Of a stretch of 64,000 nt of DNA, positions 13,201-28,200 are shown piece by piece. The position numbers were made by a program, and so were the translations under genes. The notes beneath the pieces are model-generated. The model was given only the letters and a program-made list of their open reading frames with translations. It did not search any database and was not told where the DNA came from. The DNA is from Raillietiella orientalis (lineage: Eukaryota): contig JAYWIR010000039.1 in the NCBI GenBank assembly GCA_036172245.1, forward strand, positions 124,001-188,000, written 5' to 3'. The stretch's first letter is position 1, and every line of letters begins with the position of its first letter.

Positions 13201-16200
13201 GATGACAAGGATGAACTGGAGGTAGGCAAGCATTCGTTTATAAGGATGTTAATTTTGGTATTAAAGGATTGTATCTTTGAAATCTTGATGCGGGGAGTGG
13301 AATTGCTTTTATTGGTCTTCGATTTGCCAAATCGATGTTTCCAATAAACAATTACTGCCGGCAATGTGGAGTTATGGTGGAAATGATAGGAAAAATACAA
13401 AGAACGCGAGGGACAGAATTTGCCTGAGAGGTGGGAGGGGTAAGGTGACAGTCCGGGTTCCTCTAGTCATGCAAGAATTGAGAAGGGTCTTTTCAAGGGG
13501 TTCGGAGCGTGGCGATGGGGGAGGAGGAAGTTGGTGGAGTGGGAGGATGGCTAAAATTAGATTTCCGAGCTGGAGAGCAATGACTACCCGTAGTCTGTTG
13601 GATGCTGAGCGCAGGATAGTGTAAGCGAAAAGGGAGTGAAGAGGTACCCCCAAAAAAGTAATGCCTTACCTTTTTCAAAGTAAGTATCCGTAATCCTTTG
13701 TATTTCGCAAACTTTTCCTTTGGATTCTGAAAAGCAAATGACACTCTTTAACAACAAGACTGGGGAAACACACGAACACGAGTGTTTGCACGTGACCACC
13801 ACATGATTTCGAATTACACGGAGACGTTCAAAATGGTGGATAGTACTGTGCTTACGGCTAATCAAGAAAACATGCTTGAAAAAATGATCTGTGCGTGTGT
13901 GCGCAAAACAAACCAATTTTATTTTCGTTCAGCACGTGCTTCATCACCACGGTTTCAACTTTTCATCCTCGGCGAGACCTTTTTTTTCGTATGTGAAAAA
14001 TGACTAATGGACGCATGCATATGATTTTGCACACACACACACACAAAAAAAAAATAGATAATCAATGAATCGATTCCAGGACAATCTAAGGATACGACGA
14101 ACAAAAGAACTCTATCCATTTGTTGTTTGGAGTCAATCTACGAGATTTGCGAATCAATGTAAAAAGTTGCTTAAATAAATCGGCATTCATTAAGCAGTAT
14201 GGCATACGTTATTTTTGATAAGTATGCACATAATACATCCGCTGAAAATAATTTCAATTATTCCAGCAGTTCGGAAGGAAGAGTCTTTATATGACGTTAT
14301 TTGTACGTGCATACATTTTTCATGTTCTTTATTTTTTGGACGGGGATGATTCCGCACAGGCACTGGGCCATCTGAAACGCATTTTGGTGGCAAGAAGACC
14401 GTAAATATATGTTTATGGAACAAACATTCCACTTCTGGTTGGGATGGTGTGTGTGTGGGGGGGATGGGGGGAACTGCAGCAGAAACAAAGCGTCGTGAAC
14501 TTCCGCAAGCTCAATTCGCCTCCTGAAGATGCAAACATTACACCTCGAAGCTGTCGAGAGAACGTTGGCTATCCCATTTGACAAGTGAAGTGGATCAACA
14601 GGATATAAAAATCCTGCAATACCATTTGCATAAAAATGAAGTTTTCTGCACAATCACCCTTTTTTTAAAAAAAAAAAAAAAAAAAATGATGATGACTCGA
14701 CAGAAACAAAACACCAAAGCACGTTTACAAGGGAAAGAAATGTCCCTGATATAAACAGTTCTCCCGAAATGCAGACATGCGACGGTTATGGAGACGCGAG
14801 AGAGTTGTTACAAAAAAGATCATTCGCTTTGGAAATCGAGAGGAAGAGAAGACTGGTCGAGGAACAAAGAGCGAAAACCAGCGTGAGCCAAAAAGGTAAT
14901 GCGATCGTGAGCACTGAACCACGAGAAGATCCTGGAGGAAAAGGGGGCATCCTGCTGCGGCGACGACGGCGAAGGATGGATAAAACGGGGGAAATGTAAA
15001 CCAAGGTTTCAACAGCATGTAGGCGTCAGCGCAAGGCGGTTGAAAACTCGGCGCAAACTCACACAGATGAATCGACTGGTGCCAGTCTTGATTCCAGGAA
15101 CACTCCGAACACCAAAAACTTCCATGTCCGTTACTTCAATTCTTGCGAGATTCTTTCAAAGCAAAGCAGGAAAGATGTAGAGAAAATCTTGCCTTGCGTC
15201 GGATGCATATCAAGAAAAAAGCTACCAAATCAAAACTCTGCTATGAATCCAATCTGCTTGCGTGGGGGCTTTAAAGAAGGGAATCCACTTCGTCAAGTGG
15301 ACAGCATGCGATCTGAAGAGTTCGTTTTCGAGGAGCGCCTTCCTCGCGCGTAGGAACATGCAAGATGAAAGCTGACAAGTGGTCAGTGTAGGCGTGATCC
15401 TAGTGTCCCGCAAAGTCTAATGGGATTCCTCCCCCCCCCCACTCCTCTTTTTCCAAATAAAGCTTATTTGTCCGATTTATTCGCATAAGACTGCTTTGCC
15501 CCTTGCCGGCGATTCGGTTGTCTCCAGCGAAGTGTCTTCGACGTGCGCGGGTGTTTGTGTGAATGAGGGGTGGATAGGAAAATGGGACAAAGTTGGATAA
15601 ATCAGTATTTATCAAAGGTGCTGTTTGTTTCATCAAAGCACCACGTTCACGAACACACCACTTGTACGCGACCGGTGAAAAATGGAACGCAGTATTGAAA
15701 GGATGCGTCCTCTGTCTCGAACTACACAATCTAACGATCTCCAAGGGCAGCTGGATCACAAGTAACACCTAGAGAACACACGCTGACGTCGCTATAATCA
15801 ACACAGTGATGACTTCAATCGCATGCGAGATGAAAGAATGCCTCACTCCTCAAAACGAGGGGAAAAAAGCAACACAGTTCGTGTAGTCACGGGGATTTAT
15901 TAAGGGGAATTTCATCCCTTACTCCGATCAAGCAGTGACAAATCGCTCTGCCAGCGTTGCATCAGAATGCCTCCTGCAGTTCCCAAAATAATTAAAGGGG
16001 AATCTGTGCAAGAACTCAATTATCAACACGAGAAGGACACGAGGTTTTTTGATTCATTCAACTGTATCGAAGAGTTGAGGGAAGACAAAAACAAAATTTT
16101 GCATGGACAAAAGAGGTGAGAAACCACACCGACACGCAGCTTCATTAACCACACACAACAGCACCGCAACAGCCATTCAGCATAAAACAAGATGGCAAAG

Positions 16201-19200
16201 TACTTTTTCCGACGTGTATCTTCCCCCAGATGTAACCATGGATATCGTCAAGTTTAAAACAAGGGATTCCAGACACCAGGCGTATATTTCAAAAAATCGA
16301 TCCGTAGGCAGTTGTTTGTGCTTCCCACTCCTACAATCGTTCGATGTGCGAGTTCTCTCACTCGGATGGGGCCTTCTGACTTTAAGAACAAAACAGCGAT
16401 GCAAAACGTGGACAAGAAATTAAGGGAGCCGACAAATCTTCTTTCCAAAGTCCATTTGAAATGCTTCGATGTTTTGGTTGGAGAATACTAAACATACATA
16501 CGAAAGATGATTGTTCACCAAAAGAGAGACAAGAAACGTGAGGTGACAGCAAGCCACAGGAAATCAAGGAAAGCATAACAGGACTGCTGATTCATATCTC
16601 TTCTTGCATGTTCATGTAGACTAAGGATCACTTCAATCTTGACAATCTCCGCTGTATATCTCCTATCGTTTAGCATTCGTTATCCAGATTGCTCGTTTCT
16701 GAGTGGCGTTTCATCTCTCTGGTCCCATGGCTTCTGCTTCGAACGTCAGCGAGGGCAGCAAATTCATCAACGGGGACTTTCCTTCCTCTTCTCTTTAAAA
16801 CGAGTAACTTAAAGGCTGAAACCAGGACACAACATCCTGTCCCAGGTATTGGTTTTCGCTCGACGATCGCAAGCACCGATCCCAAACAGTTCTTCTTGCC
16901 TTACGTTTGTGTCCTTTCGCAACATCGACGTCGAAAAAGGACACGGTGTACAGTACAATAAGCGGGAAGCCCTCGAAACGCACACCAACTCGTTGGAAGC
17001 AGCAAGCTTAACTCCCTGACGACGGGGTCCAGTTGGATTGCGGGAATGGCAACTGCAGCACTACGTGCTTGCTTGAGAGTACAGAGAGGTCGGAAAAGGT
17101 CGCGAGAAGAACTTACTACAACAAACATCAACTCGGGCGGTGGGTGAGGGGAAACAAAAAAAAAAAAAAAAAATTGGAAACACAAAGTTACGATCATTTG
17201 AATCATTTGAAAATGAATAATCAATCACCATATCAAGTAGGGGACTAGACTCGATTTAATCATAGACGTGCATTTTTTCTAAACCGCGTGTAGGCACCGT
17301 TATCAAACGACACTAAAACTGCTGGCAGATGAGTGAGGAGCGGCAGCATTTTAAAAGGCACAAAAATCATCTCGTTTCAGGGCGTAACCCACGTCTTTTC
17401 GAACACGCTGCGAGGGGAAAAACTATTTGAAACAAAGCGCATTACAAAACAAAAATGGGGAGCTGATGCACTTGAGCCATTTAGAAAACGATGCTTCGTT
17501 TTCCCACTGCAGGTCTTCGCCGATATTTCGACGTTCAAATACAGGGATCAGCAACAGTAACAAACAACAACAACATGCCATTTGCCCAAAGACAACTTAC
17601 TATCGAAGAACTCTTCAGAGAGGGATACCATATTAGGTCCATATACAGAAGCATCAGCGACACGGCATCTGCACAGCTTTTGATCGACTGCATTAACAAA
17701 TAAACAGGGGAAATTGCTGCAAGTATTTTATTATCTCTTCCATTTCCTATATTACTGCTACTTTTACGACTTGATGACATCTGAGCAAATATCAAACTGC
17801 ACGTGGAAAGCGTAAGTCTGGAAACACCTGGATTAACCCGAAATGTGTCGCAGATGGATGGAAATACCGAGTATCTTGAGGGCTAATAGTATCTTAGACA
17901 GGGAAGGAAAAAAAAAAAAAAAAATTTCACGCATATATATATATATATATACACTTTCACAACGCCGTCGCTTGGGCACAATCTTTTTAGAGAAATACCC
18001 TACGCTGCTGTTCTTAAACTTGCGATTCCGACGTAAATCAAACAGTTGCTTCGGATAAGTTTTGCAGATATTTGCTCTTCATCTGCCAATTCAATAATCC
18101 TCACCATTGAAGATCCCACGGACCAAAAAAAACACGCACACACACACGCACACAGATTGAACTTGGAGGGAAAAATAAAAATAAAAAAATTCATCGACAC
18201 GAAGACATGTAGAAGAAGAAAGAAGGCAAGAAAGAAATTGAGATCTATACCATAAAGAAGCCATAATTTCAATGCCTTTCCTATATTCCTCTATTTGCCA
18301 AATGTTTGAAGATCGCTTCACCGGCTGCTCGGATCATCTTCAATTCATCATTTCCTTTCACTGCTACGTCTTCTTGGTGCATGCAACGTGTGCTTTTTTT
18401 TTTTTTTTTTTATTCGTGATATTTATCATGTTATCGTCGACACGTTATTGCTGCTGCCCCATTTTCAAATTTTATAAGCTTCCTTTTTACTTGGAAAGAA
18501 GACACAAATTCGCCGTCTTGAGAGAAAACTTCCCCGAGTTCTAGGACTTTAGCAAACACATTTCACAATGGCAGGCACAAAAGGACTGCACAGCAACCGA
18601 GTTGCCAAGGAAATTACAAGAGCCACATGAAAACCACGCGCGCTATGAACATTTCAAAGGAGAAGGACATCCTGGAACCGCTGGAACACTAATCTCTCCA
18701 CAGTGTGGAGTCAAGATACCAGCAGCAGTGACCAAGTTCTTTGACAAATAAAATCGTGGATCGAAGTGTCGCTACCAATTCAAGGAAACGGAACACATGC
18801 CAAGCAGCAAAGGAAAATTACAAAGATGCCGTCGTATGCAACAACGCTGCCAACTTGCGAATATTCTGGAGGTCCAGAGTGTGAGCAAATTAATCACACG
18901 GAAACGAAGTTTGAAAACGCACTTTGAATCAGAAGAAACACAAAAACGGTGCATAATAATTAAGTCAAGTAATCAAAGATTGATTGCTACTACCATGAAT
19001 GCTGAAATCGATCGCTCGTCGGTCAAAAAAGCAGGAAAGCGGTTCAAGCTAAAGCCACAAATGGTGTAATGTGTTCCTTTACGAGCCTCTAGAGATTGCC
19101 GACCCCACCTTAAACCGATGGAGCAATCCTAAAAAGTAAATTCGAGGAGGGCGAACTCAAAATGAGCTCTTATGGAAGTGTCAACGTATGGAATCATCTG

Positions 19201-22200
19201 GCACCATCATTTTAGTTAGTGTTGAGCTCTGATTCAAGAAACACAAGATATTGTTCGTGTGGTTTATTTGAAAGGTGGTGCAGGGTCGGTCCCCCCCTCC
19301 CCCCAAAAGTAGAACGGTGCTACTAAAATATTGCGCGCGCATACGAATGTGCGAATTACGAAATGCCATTGAAATCACGAGAAAATCAAATGGAAAACCA
19401 ACTACTCATTGGTCACAGGCTGATACCTCATCATTTAGGTGGACAGGAAACTGCGTGATGGGTTTGACGGCCAATTTGTCCAAAGCGTCTTTCCTCCTGA
19501 AAAATCACATCAATGAACCACAGTTTCAACTATAGCAATGAACAAACACAGCAATTCGCGAAAAGACATAATTCTGCACGTTCTTCAGACATGCATTCAC
19601 ATGGGTACGAAATCTGAGTTTGTTGGTCGGGAGAAGTCGTCAAGCAACGGTTTGTCAACAGATTGCTTCCGCCAACTTTCCGCACGAGACCAGTCGCTCT
19701 TCCCATTACATGCTGATGGACTTTGGGATCCCGGTGAACAAAAGGAATGCACCGGGTTCCTCAAGGAACGCGACCGAATCGATAGCTACCCCCATATGGT
19801 TCCCTTGTTTGCTCACGAAAGCACCAGCAAGAGTGCAATTTCGTGGAAGGGTAGAGTATATAATAAGTCCACACGGTAGTACGAACATCCCTCCTTTTTC
19901 GTTACTGCATGTCAACACAGCACTGTAAGTATGAACATTTACACAGAATCAAGCATAACGTAAGCAATGATGCATCAAACAGACATAACATGTGAAGATT
20001 AGCAAAATACGGTGTGGGGGCGTGAAATAATGAATTTCACAGTTTACAGTCGCAAGAAAAAAAAAAAAAAATTTGTATAGCATTTTTGTATATTCCGTAA
20101 TAAAGTACGCTGAAAACTAGCTGTTTTCGGTTTCATCGCATATAAAATTTTTCTAAGGATCCAATTCGTCCTCCCGCTTTAATTACCCTCATGTCAATAA
20201 GTCCTCATTACTACGGTTACTCGTATCAATATGGACTTGTGTGAGTGGAATTTACCACATACTGATACAGTTAGAAGATGGTGGCTTTCTCATGCAGAAA
20301 CGGTGCGCCTACTGGTAGCCCTGTGCAGCAAAATGGAGCTGAATCACAAATCTGGAGCTCTCAACTGAAGAAACCACGACACTGGTCTCCACGTTGATCA
20401 TCGCTTCATTTCCAAATGCTGAGAAAGTTCAACTTTGGTGCCAACATCACAACATATGGGCGACTAATCAACAGAAAACACACAGTGCGAACTACTTCCG
20501 CACGTTTCAATGCATCTCTTCACTGATCCGTTTCACGGGGCAACGGCATAAGGAACTTTAAAGATATTATGCAAGGGAAACGTAAAAAACGAATCATGCA
20601 CAAGAATAAAAACTCAAGGAAATTGTACAGAAACATATTCCAGGTCTCTTTTTTCCTTTTTTTTTTAAAAAAAAAAGAGAAAAAGAGAAAAAGAATGTGT
20701 CAATCGTTTATAGCAGCGGCTGCATGTGCGATCCATAAAAACCATAGACAAAAATAAAGAAAATTACCAAACGATTCTTCTTCCAGTTAAGAAAGTTTAG
20801 AATGACTTGCTATTTGGATAACATAGGAGCAAAACACTAACTTAGGTTCAGAAAGTACTAATGCCACGGGAAGAATAAAAGAAGTATCACTACCCACAGA
20901 TCTACGATATTCGGAACAGAAGAGGAACGCCTTGGGAACAAACCAGTTTACTTAAATCAAGTTTCTGTATGAGCCTGCAATAGATGCATTGAGCGTTTCA
21001 AAAACTGGAGTCATCCATCTTGTTGTTTGGAAACGCCGAACACATTACCAAACTTTTCACTGAGGAATCGTAATGAAAGCTGCCGCCTTCGTAAATCGAA
21101 TGTCCTGGAGAAAAACTCAGTCCAGTACTCACTGGATCTGCTTGCTTTGAAATGCAATTTCGCTGAAGATGAATCCCCCTCCCCCAGAACAAGAACCAAC
21201 CAAAGTGTACTCGTGAGAGCAAAGGGCACTTGCTACAAACACGAAATACAGATCTTTCGTGAGGATTTTCTCCCAGCAGGAGAGAATGAAAGTTTAGCAT
21301 AACGCAAAATCCAGGGTGTCTGCACTAAGAATATTTTCCAACCTTTGTTCTTCTTTTGGGAAAAAGCAGCTGCTAAAGGATAAAAAGTGCATTCTATTGC
21401 AAACGCTAATGATTTAAGACACCTGAGTAGACCGCTACAGTAACAGGATGACGCTATCCAATGCAGCACGTAGCAGAACTGCAAAACTTGAAAATCAGAA
21501 CATTATCTACGTATGCAAATAACCTACTTATTGATTATCTATCTATACAAGTGTGTATGTGTGTGGATGTGCGCCTGTATAGATACAGAAAATCGATGAA
21601 CCCATTGTACTCGGCAAATGAGCCAGTTGAACACAAGGATCCCTGTGGGGTGTTTCCCAATAAGTTAGCTCGGAAACTCCTAAATGCCATTTGCCTCTTC
21701 GAAACAAGTGGCATTTAGGACGGTTTCGGTATCGAAGTACAGTGACCGTCGCCATCACGATCACGTGTACATAACACTTTGATAGAAAGCCGATTTAGAA
21801 ACGGACCGCTTTCATCCCACGACCACGAAGCGAAAAGCGGCACTCGCACTTCGTTCATTTCGCTTTTTTGTGTTGTTTAATTTTATCTGTTCCAAGACAC
21901 TGCTGAATCTTCCATCTTCCCATCAAGGGAAAGATGCGCAAGTGTTCCAGTAATACGACAAACGATACGATTTGTTTTGATTCCTTCATTGCGATCCGAG
22001 CCTGCCATTAAAGAACACAGAATGCAGGATGTGATGCATGGTGCATGCTCCACAGCTCCACGAGGAAGCACGGAAACATGGATGACGACACACGGATGCT
22101 ATAATGATTTTACGATAAAATGTGGTACAGTGGCACAAAAAAACAAGTCACTTCCACGCACGTTCCAATAAAGTACAGAAAATGCTTTCATTACTGTCAA

Positions 22201-25200
22201 TAAAGACGAAGGGATTATACCTTAACAAGACAAATGTTAATGAATCTCCTGGCAAGTTTTTAATGATGGATGAAGAATTCAAGTGGCATCTCCCTTGGAT
22301 CACGATTCCGTTCACCTAAAATGATATTTTGCAGCTAAAATATTTGACTCTGTACAAACAAACGTTTTATTTGTTTCGGAATATAAAGTTGGGAAGAAAC
22401 AATCCAATCATTCAAAGAAAAAAAAAAAAACACCACGCAAACTCTTCGTGGAGCATAGAGGGCGCCGAGCGTTTTGCCAAATTTTGACTTTGAGATCTGA
22501 CCTGAAACGTTTGCCTGCCTTCTAATGAAAAACAGCACGCAAATGTGCACGCGGGAGACCCACGTAAACGCTACATAATCATGTCTTCATAAAGAGCGTG
22601 AACATGGGCGATTCTCTGGAGACCGAAGAATAGCTGCAGCTAACAGCTTCAACGACACCTTGGAATTCCGTGTTTCGTTCCAGGGAGGGTGTTTTCACCC
22701 GAAAAATTAAAATCTGAATAAAGGCAGCAGTTTCCAACGGAACTTCCTTTAATGTTTCGACTGCGACCTTCCGGAAACCCAAGGTAAAAAAAAAAAAAAA
22801 AACTCAGGTCCCGGGCAAACTCGAACACACAAACACACACAAATGCTCTCTATTTAACACATCGGATCATCCAAGTTACCCATTTCCAGCCTCCGTCGAT
22901 CAAGTCCAAGCTTACTTCCAGGCGAATAAATTTGCATTCACGAAAGACTTACAATCTTTAGTTTTTCAAATTCTTCTCCACACAAGCGTAAGAAAAGTGA
23001 GAACAAAATGAAAGAAATTCGCTGAATCTCTTTCATCGGTTAAAGATACAAAAGTATATTTGCCTCGAGTATTTCGTCTCCAATTTTGATCTTATCATCC
23101 TTATGAGCATTTCCTTTGGGGTGGATTCCTACCACAAATGTGTTCATCTGAGTTCGATCTTTGTTTCCTGCCAAGCTCAAGCCAAGTCCACTGGCATCCT
23201 TACGCAACTGCAGGAGGAGGAGTTCTCCTTTCTGATCTGCATACCTCTTGTAGATTTTCACTGAAAAGATCAAGGTCAAAAATGCCATTTTACATTTACA
23301 ATTTCCAACTTTGAACTTTTCACATTGGATAGGATTACAGCGGAAGGAAAGGCTAACGGAGGAGGAGGAGGAAGGAACAGAAAAGCATAAGGACTACAAC
23401 CACGAAAGACCACGGCCACGAGCAACGCAGGCGTCTTTACGCCTCGTTGTCTTTGACATACGCACACTGCGTGGGTCCGCAAGCTGCAAAGACCTCGGTG
23501 TGAAAGAAGCAGAAAAAGGAGAAGGAACACACGTGAGCCACCGCGCACACAACGCTGCAACATCGACTCCCAAAGTGTTGAATCGAAATAAAGAACGCCG
23601 TTAGCGCAGCAGGAAAGACACAGCGATGGAGTGATTGATTCCTGCTTGTTTCAAAGCAGAAATCCCTACTCATTTTTTTCACGAACTCAACCAAAGGGGA
23701 CAAACGAATCGTTCACGCCCTGAACAGAACTCCAAATCCCAAATTTCGTCAAACGCAAGGATTTGTCTTCCAAACCAACGAACGCAGACCAGAAGAACAA
23801 GGGACCGCACACACATTTTCATGCAGGAGGAAGGTTTTGGTAAGTTCAACCGATTTTGGGGATCGTTTTTCTTTTCCTTCTCTTTTCTTTCTTTTTTTTT
23901 TTTGAGGGCGCTCAAATGAAAGCAGCCTGCGAGATCTTTGGCAAAAGGAGGTGGTGTCCCCGATCTTGGTGGCAGCTAACCAATAGGCCCAACAAGACAA
24001 CAACACGGCGACAAGAGTTCGTCCAAAACCTGCACGCTCTTCGAAAGCTGAGTTCCTGTTTCGGAGAAGAAGCCGGGAAGATGAAAAATTACTGGCACGA
24101 CAAGGAGCCACGAGAATGTGGTTTCCACGGGGTTCCGCGAAAGGATGGATCCCAGGAAAGAGCGCCCTTCGAAGCTTGAAATCGGGTTCAACCGAATCGC
24201 GTAATCACCGACACAAGTGAGACTCTCCGTGTGGGACGGAGGTTTATGATCTGTCTCGATCGAAATCCTTGGTGATTCAAATACATTAACAACCAGAACA
24301 AAATGGTTTCCATTTTGGTTTCCATACTTCGGCACAACGTTTTGCAGGAAACTCTGATGCGAGAAAGAACGACATGAATCGATACGACAAATACAATGGA
24401 GAATTGAGAGGCAAAGAGAGAAAGAGAGAAGCGGGCATGATCAATGAATGGTCCTGGTTCTTACACATCGTGTTTGACCCTAAAACATTTCCGGAAACTA
24501 ACATCAGTGAGACGTTCTGCTTGCCGAAAATGTTCGTCGTCGTTATCACAGTTGGCAGAAACTGCATGCAAAGGAAAACACAGCACTTTCGGTACAAATA
24601 CGCACACATTAGCATAAAAAAAACAAAAAAAAAAACCAATGGCGGGATGAATCTAAGAGCAGACACAAAAAATCGATGGAATTTTAACTGGGATCCCTGC
24701 TACGCCGAATCTTCCAGCTTTTCGGAATGCATGCTGCTCCTCGTCCGAAGTTCGCCATCGTTTCACTCTTCCTGGTTCCACTGCACTGGGGGAGGAAATT
24801 AACATGCGGCGTTTACAAAATTAGCAAGCTTAATGATAAAGGGGTGCAGCAGGCGGTTAAGCAGTCCCGGAATGAGTCGACCATTGCAGTAAAGATGATT
24901 TCCTTGATGAATACTTCGAACGTCACGCTGAATCGAAATAAGGAACTCGAGCACGATTTATTTGCCGAGACTTTTGATCTTCGCACAGAAGAATTCCGTG
25001 TGCTCGGCTCCAGCCGAATGCGAGGAACCTTTAAGGAGATCTTGAAGTATCCTTGAAGCACGTATTCCCACTTGTACACACGTAAATCTTCCATTTCTTC
25101 TTAGCTATTTTAATATACAGCAGCCTTCCACATTCAACTTATTCACAATCCAAGTCGTTCTAGATATAGCTGGAAGAAAAACTAAGTTTCTTTCTCCGAC

Positions 25201-28200
25201 GTTCTACTTTGGACTGGTTGTCAATGACATAATGCCTGCAGTGATTTTAGGAAGGTACAGCTGGTTCATCAACGTACAAAATAAATAACTTTTGCTCTTT
25301 TAAAACATATACTTTCGATTTCAGATTATTTTTATGAAGTTTCTAGGTAGAGGGTAACCTTGAAAAGAACACCAGGAAGGCTGACGACGGCGATATTTCG
25401 CTACTATTTGTGCCAATAAATGTCTTTGGTGTACGGACTTGTGAACTATAGAATTTTTTTTTTTTTTTTTCCCCCAAAAAATCGTGCCATCCTTTTGCCA
25501 TCGTGCTTATGCCGACTCACTGGACATGTTCTCGGGGAAAAAAAGATTTTTGTGCTGATGATCTTCGATGGACCGCTCCTGCAAAATACCTACATCGGCA
25601 CAAGTGATATAAACAGCTGCGAAATGTGTGAACCTACGAAATGGAAACGAATGTATTTTTATCTGCAAAGCAACTCGAACAGTGTCCTGGGGATCATACT
25701 GAATCTACAAAGGGTTATTAGTGTATGCGCTGCGCAAAACACAAACGTGGGTGTAAGTTTTTATTTTCAAGCCAGCGGAAATCTCAGGAACCGAATTTAC
25801 TGATGTCTCCTTGATATCCTTTCCGCTTCAAAGAGCTCTGGATATCGAAGGGAACAAAACAAACCGAATCCTCTCCTGGTCACCGTTGTCTTCGAAACCG
25901 TGTAGCCACAGACAACTAATCTGAGAGTGATGGGAACCTCAACTCTGGAACACACATTCGTGCTTTCGGGACATTTCTCGTTTGCGTCTGCATTGAACGG
26001 TATTGAATATAAGTGGAAGAGCGCAGAAGAAAATTTAAGAAAAAGATGCTGAAACTAAGTTAAACTTTGGACTTTGGAAAGAATCCACTCGAAAACTTGG
26101 GTCGTAAACTGAACGCAAATTTTGAGCCTCTCAATTGAAATTATTATTACTGAAACATCCAGATCGGAAGGTATGGAAAAATCCTGAGCACCCTTCCCAT
26201 TACATATTATCTATTTGATTCCCCCCTCCCCTCCTAAATTTCATTCTCCATCTTGCACTTTTGTTAGAGTTTGCAGAACGAAAAAGAAGGCACGCAGAAC
26301 TGGTTAGAATGTGTGAGGAGAGAAAAGTCATCACTACCTAGCTGAGCGCTTTGGAATGCAATGAAGCAAATCATTCTTCAAAATATCATGGAACATAAAG
26401 ATATGATAATAAAGATAGCTTACTTCGAGTGTAACCAAATTCATCTTCAGAGTCTTCATCGATTTCTTTGCTAGGTATAACGATATTTCCGGCACTTGTT
26501 TTATCAATCTAAAATTTGCATTAACAAACAAAAAAAATTAAGCAAAACTGGAAAATACATGTAGATAATTACTTATTTGTAATAACAGAATTTGAAAACA
26601 GAGGAAGAAATGCTTAAACACTGCATTAAGATATAATTCAATTCATCCATTCTACAAATATGAAAATGCAACTTATTATTAGCACAACACATATGATTGC
26701 AATAATTTTGTAATAGTTCATTTCATTTCACGAAATTACGGAATGGTGCCATTTAAGAAGGCAACAGATGGCAAAAAATAGGTATGCTAACTAAACGTTC
26801 CTAAAGATGGTGAATTTGTGCTGCTGCTGACTGCTCCCTGCGGATGACATATTGAGCATTAATCCGAAGACGAACATCTCCATGTTTCTGTGATAGGGAG
26901 CAATCGGGAATTTTCGCCGTGAACAGGAGAGAAATTACACAGCATGCAGCCAGCCTGATGGATTTCAGGCAAGAAAATGCAGCTGCATTCTGTGCTGAGC
27001 AACAGGAGGACATGACGAACGAACGAGTACGCTAGTTGAAGATCGGGCATCCTACTGCGCGTGTCTCCCCTTCGAGGTGGTGCAGAGACGGCGTTAATGG
27101 GATCCATCCACCTCGACTGCACCGCACCATAATCGTACAAAAGCGCAGTGCCCTTGGATTCGGGTGCGACTCCTCGATGCCTGGAAGCTCCTTCCGCAAC
27201 GGAGAAGAGCTGGGCATCTTCACGGACTGCATTTCTTGCGAATCGAATGCCCGAAATTGTCGGGCTTGCTGGGGAGGGGGGAGGCAATCTTCAAACAGGA
27301 AGTCTATGCCATCACAGGAATGCCAAAGGGCACCGAGCATTCAAGGAAGGAAACACGCATCAATACAGGACGGAACCACTGAGGTTAATTAATAATGAAT
27401 GAAGAGTACAGACTCGCGCAGTATGTAAGCGTTCCCGATATTGGATGGCAAACTTTACGAAAAATGCTGGCAAATCTCAAAGTTCATCTGAGGAGTCGCA
27501 CAGTGTGAGCAGTACTGCTTATTACTTCCGGAAGGAACGCGTCCGAACTTTTCAAACTTATCGATACGGGATTCCGCAGGATGAATAATCCTTTGCAACG
27601 ACGGAATGAAAAATTTCACGAACGGCTTGAAACTCTTTCGAATGCATCAAACTGACGGAAAACCGTGCAGGATGGAACTTTGATATCTTTTATAAGCTCT
27701 GGTAATTTCCGATGTGCATTCGGTGCAACAGCCAAAAGGAAGGAAGCTTTCGTTCTTACTGCGACTGTAATCCCTCACTGGGCAGCAACGCACGGTCCAG
27801 CACACTACCAGCAATTATGAATGCAGCATCAAAATTGCTTGTTATACGCACACGCGAAATCCAAAACTGCCCCGCTACGCTGTGGCCGCAAAAACCTTCA
27901 AGTTTATAGATGAACGTAACGCCGAGAATTTTGCCCTTCCACATTAAAACTGAATGCATGCCGTTCACATCCACTTTCGTTGCTGGTAGCTTTATTGTGA
28001 GCTACGCAGGCATTTGTCACGTCGACACACTCCACGTGACTGATTCATGGCTAGGACAAAAAAAATCTAAACTTAAAATCCGTAAAACCTTTTAAAATAA
28101 TAATCAACTAATGAGGATTAACTTGAGTGTCCAAGATGCATCGACGTCTTTTAATTCAAGTGCGTCGGTAAGTGGCGTGTGCTAGATCTGGCAGGCTCAC

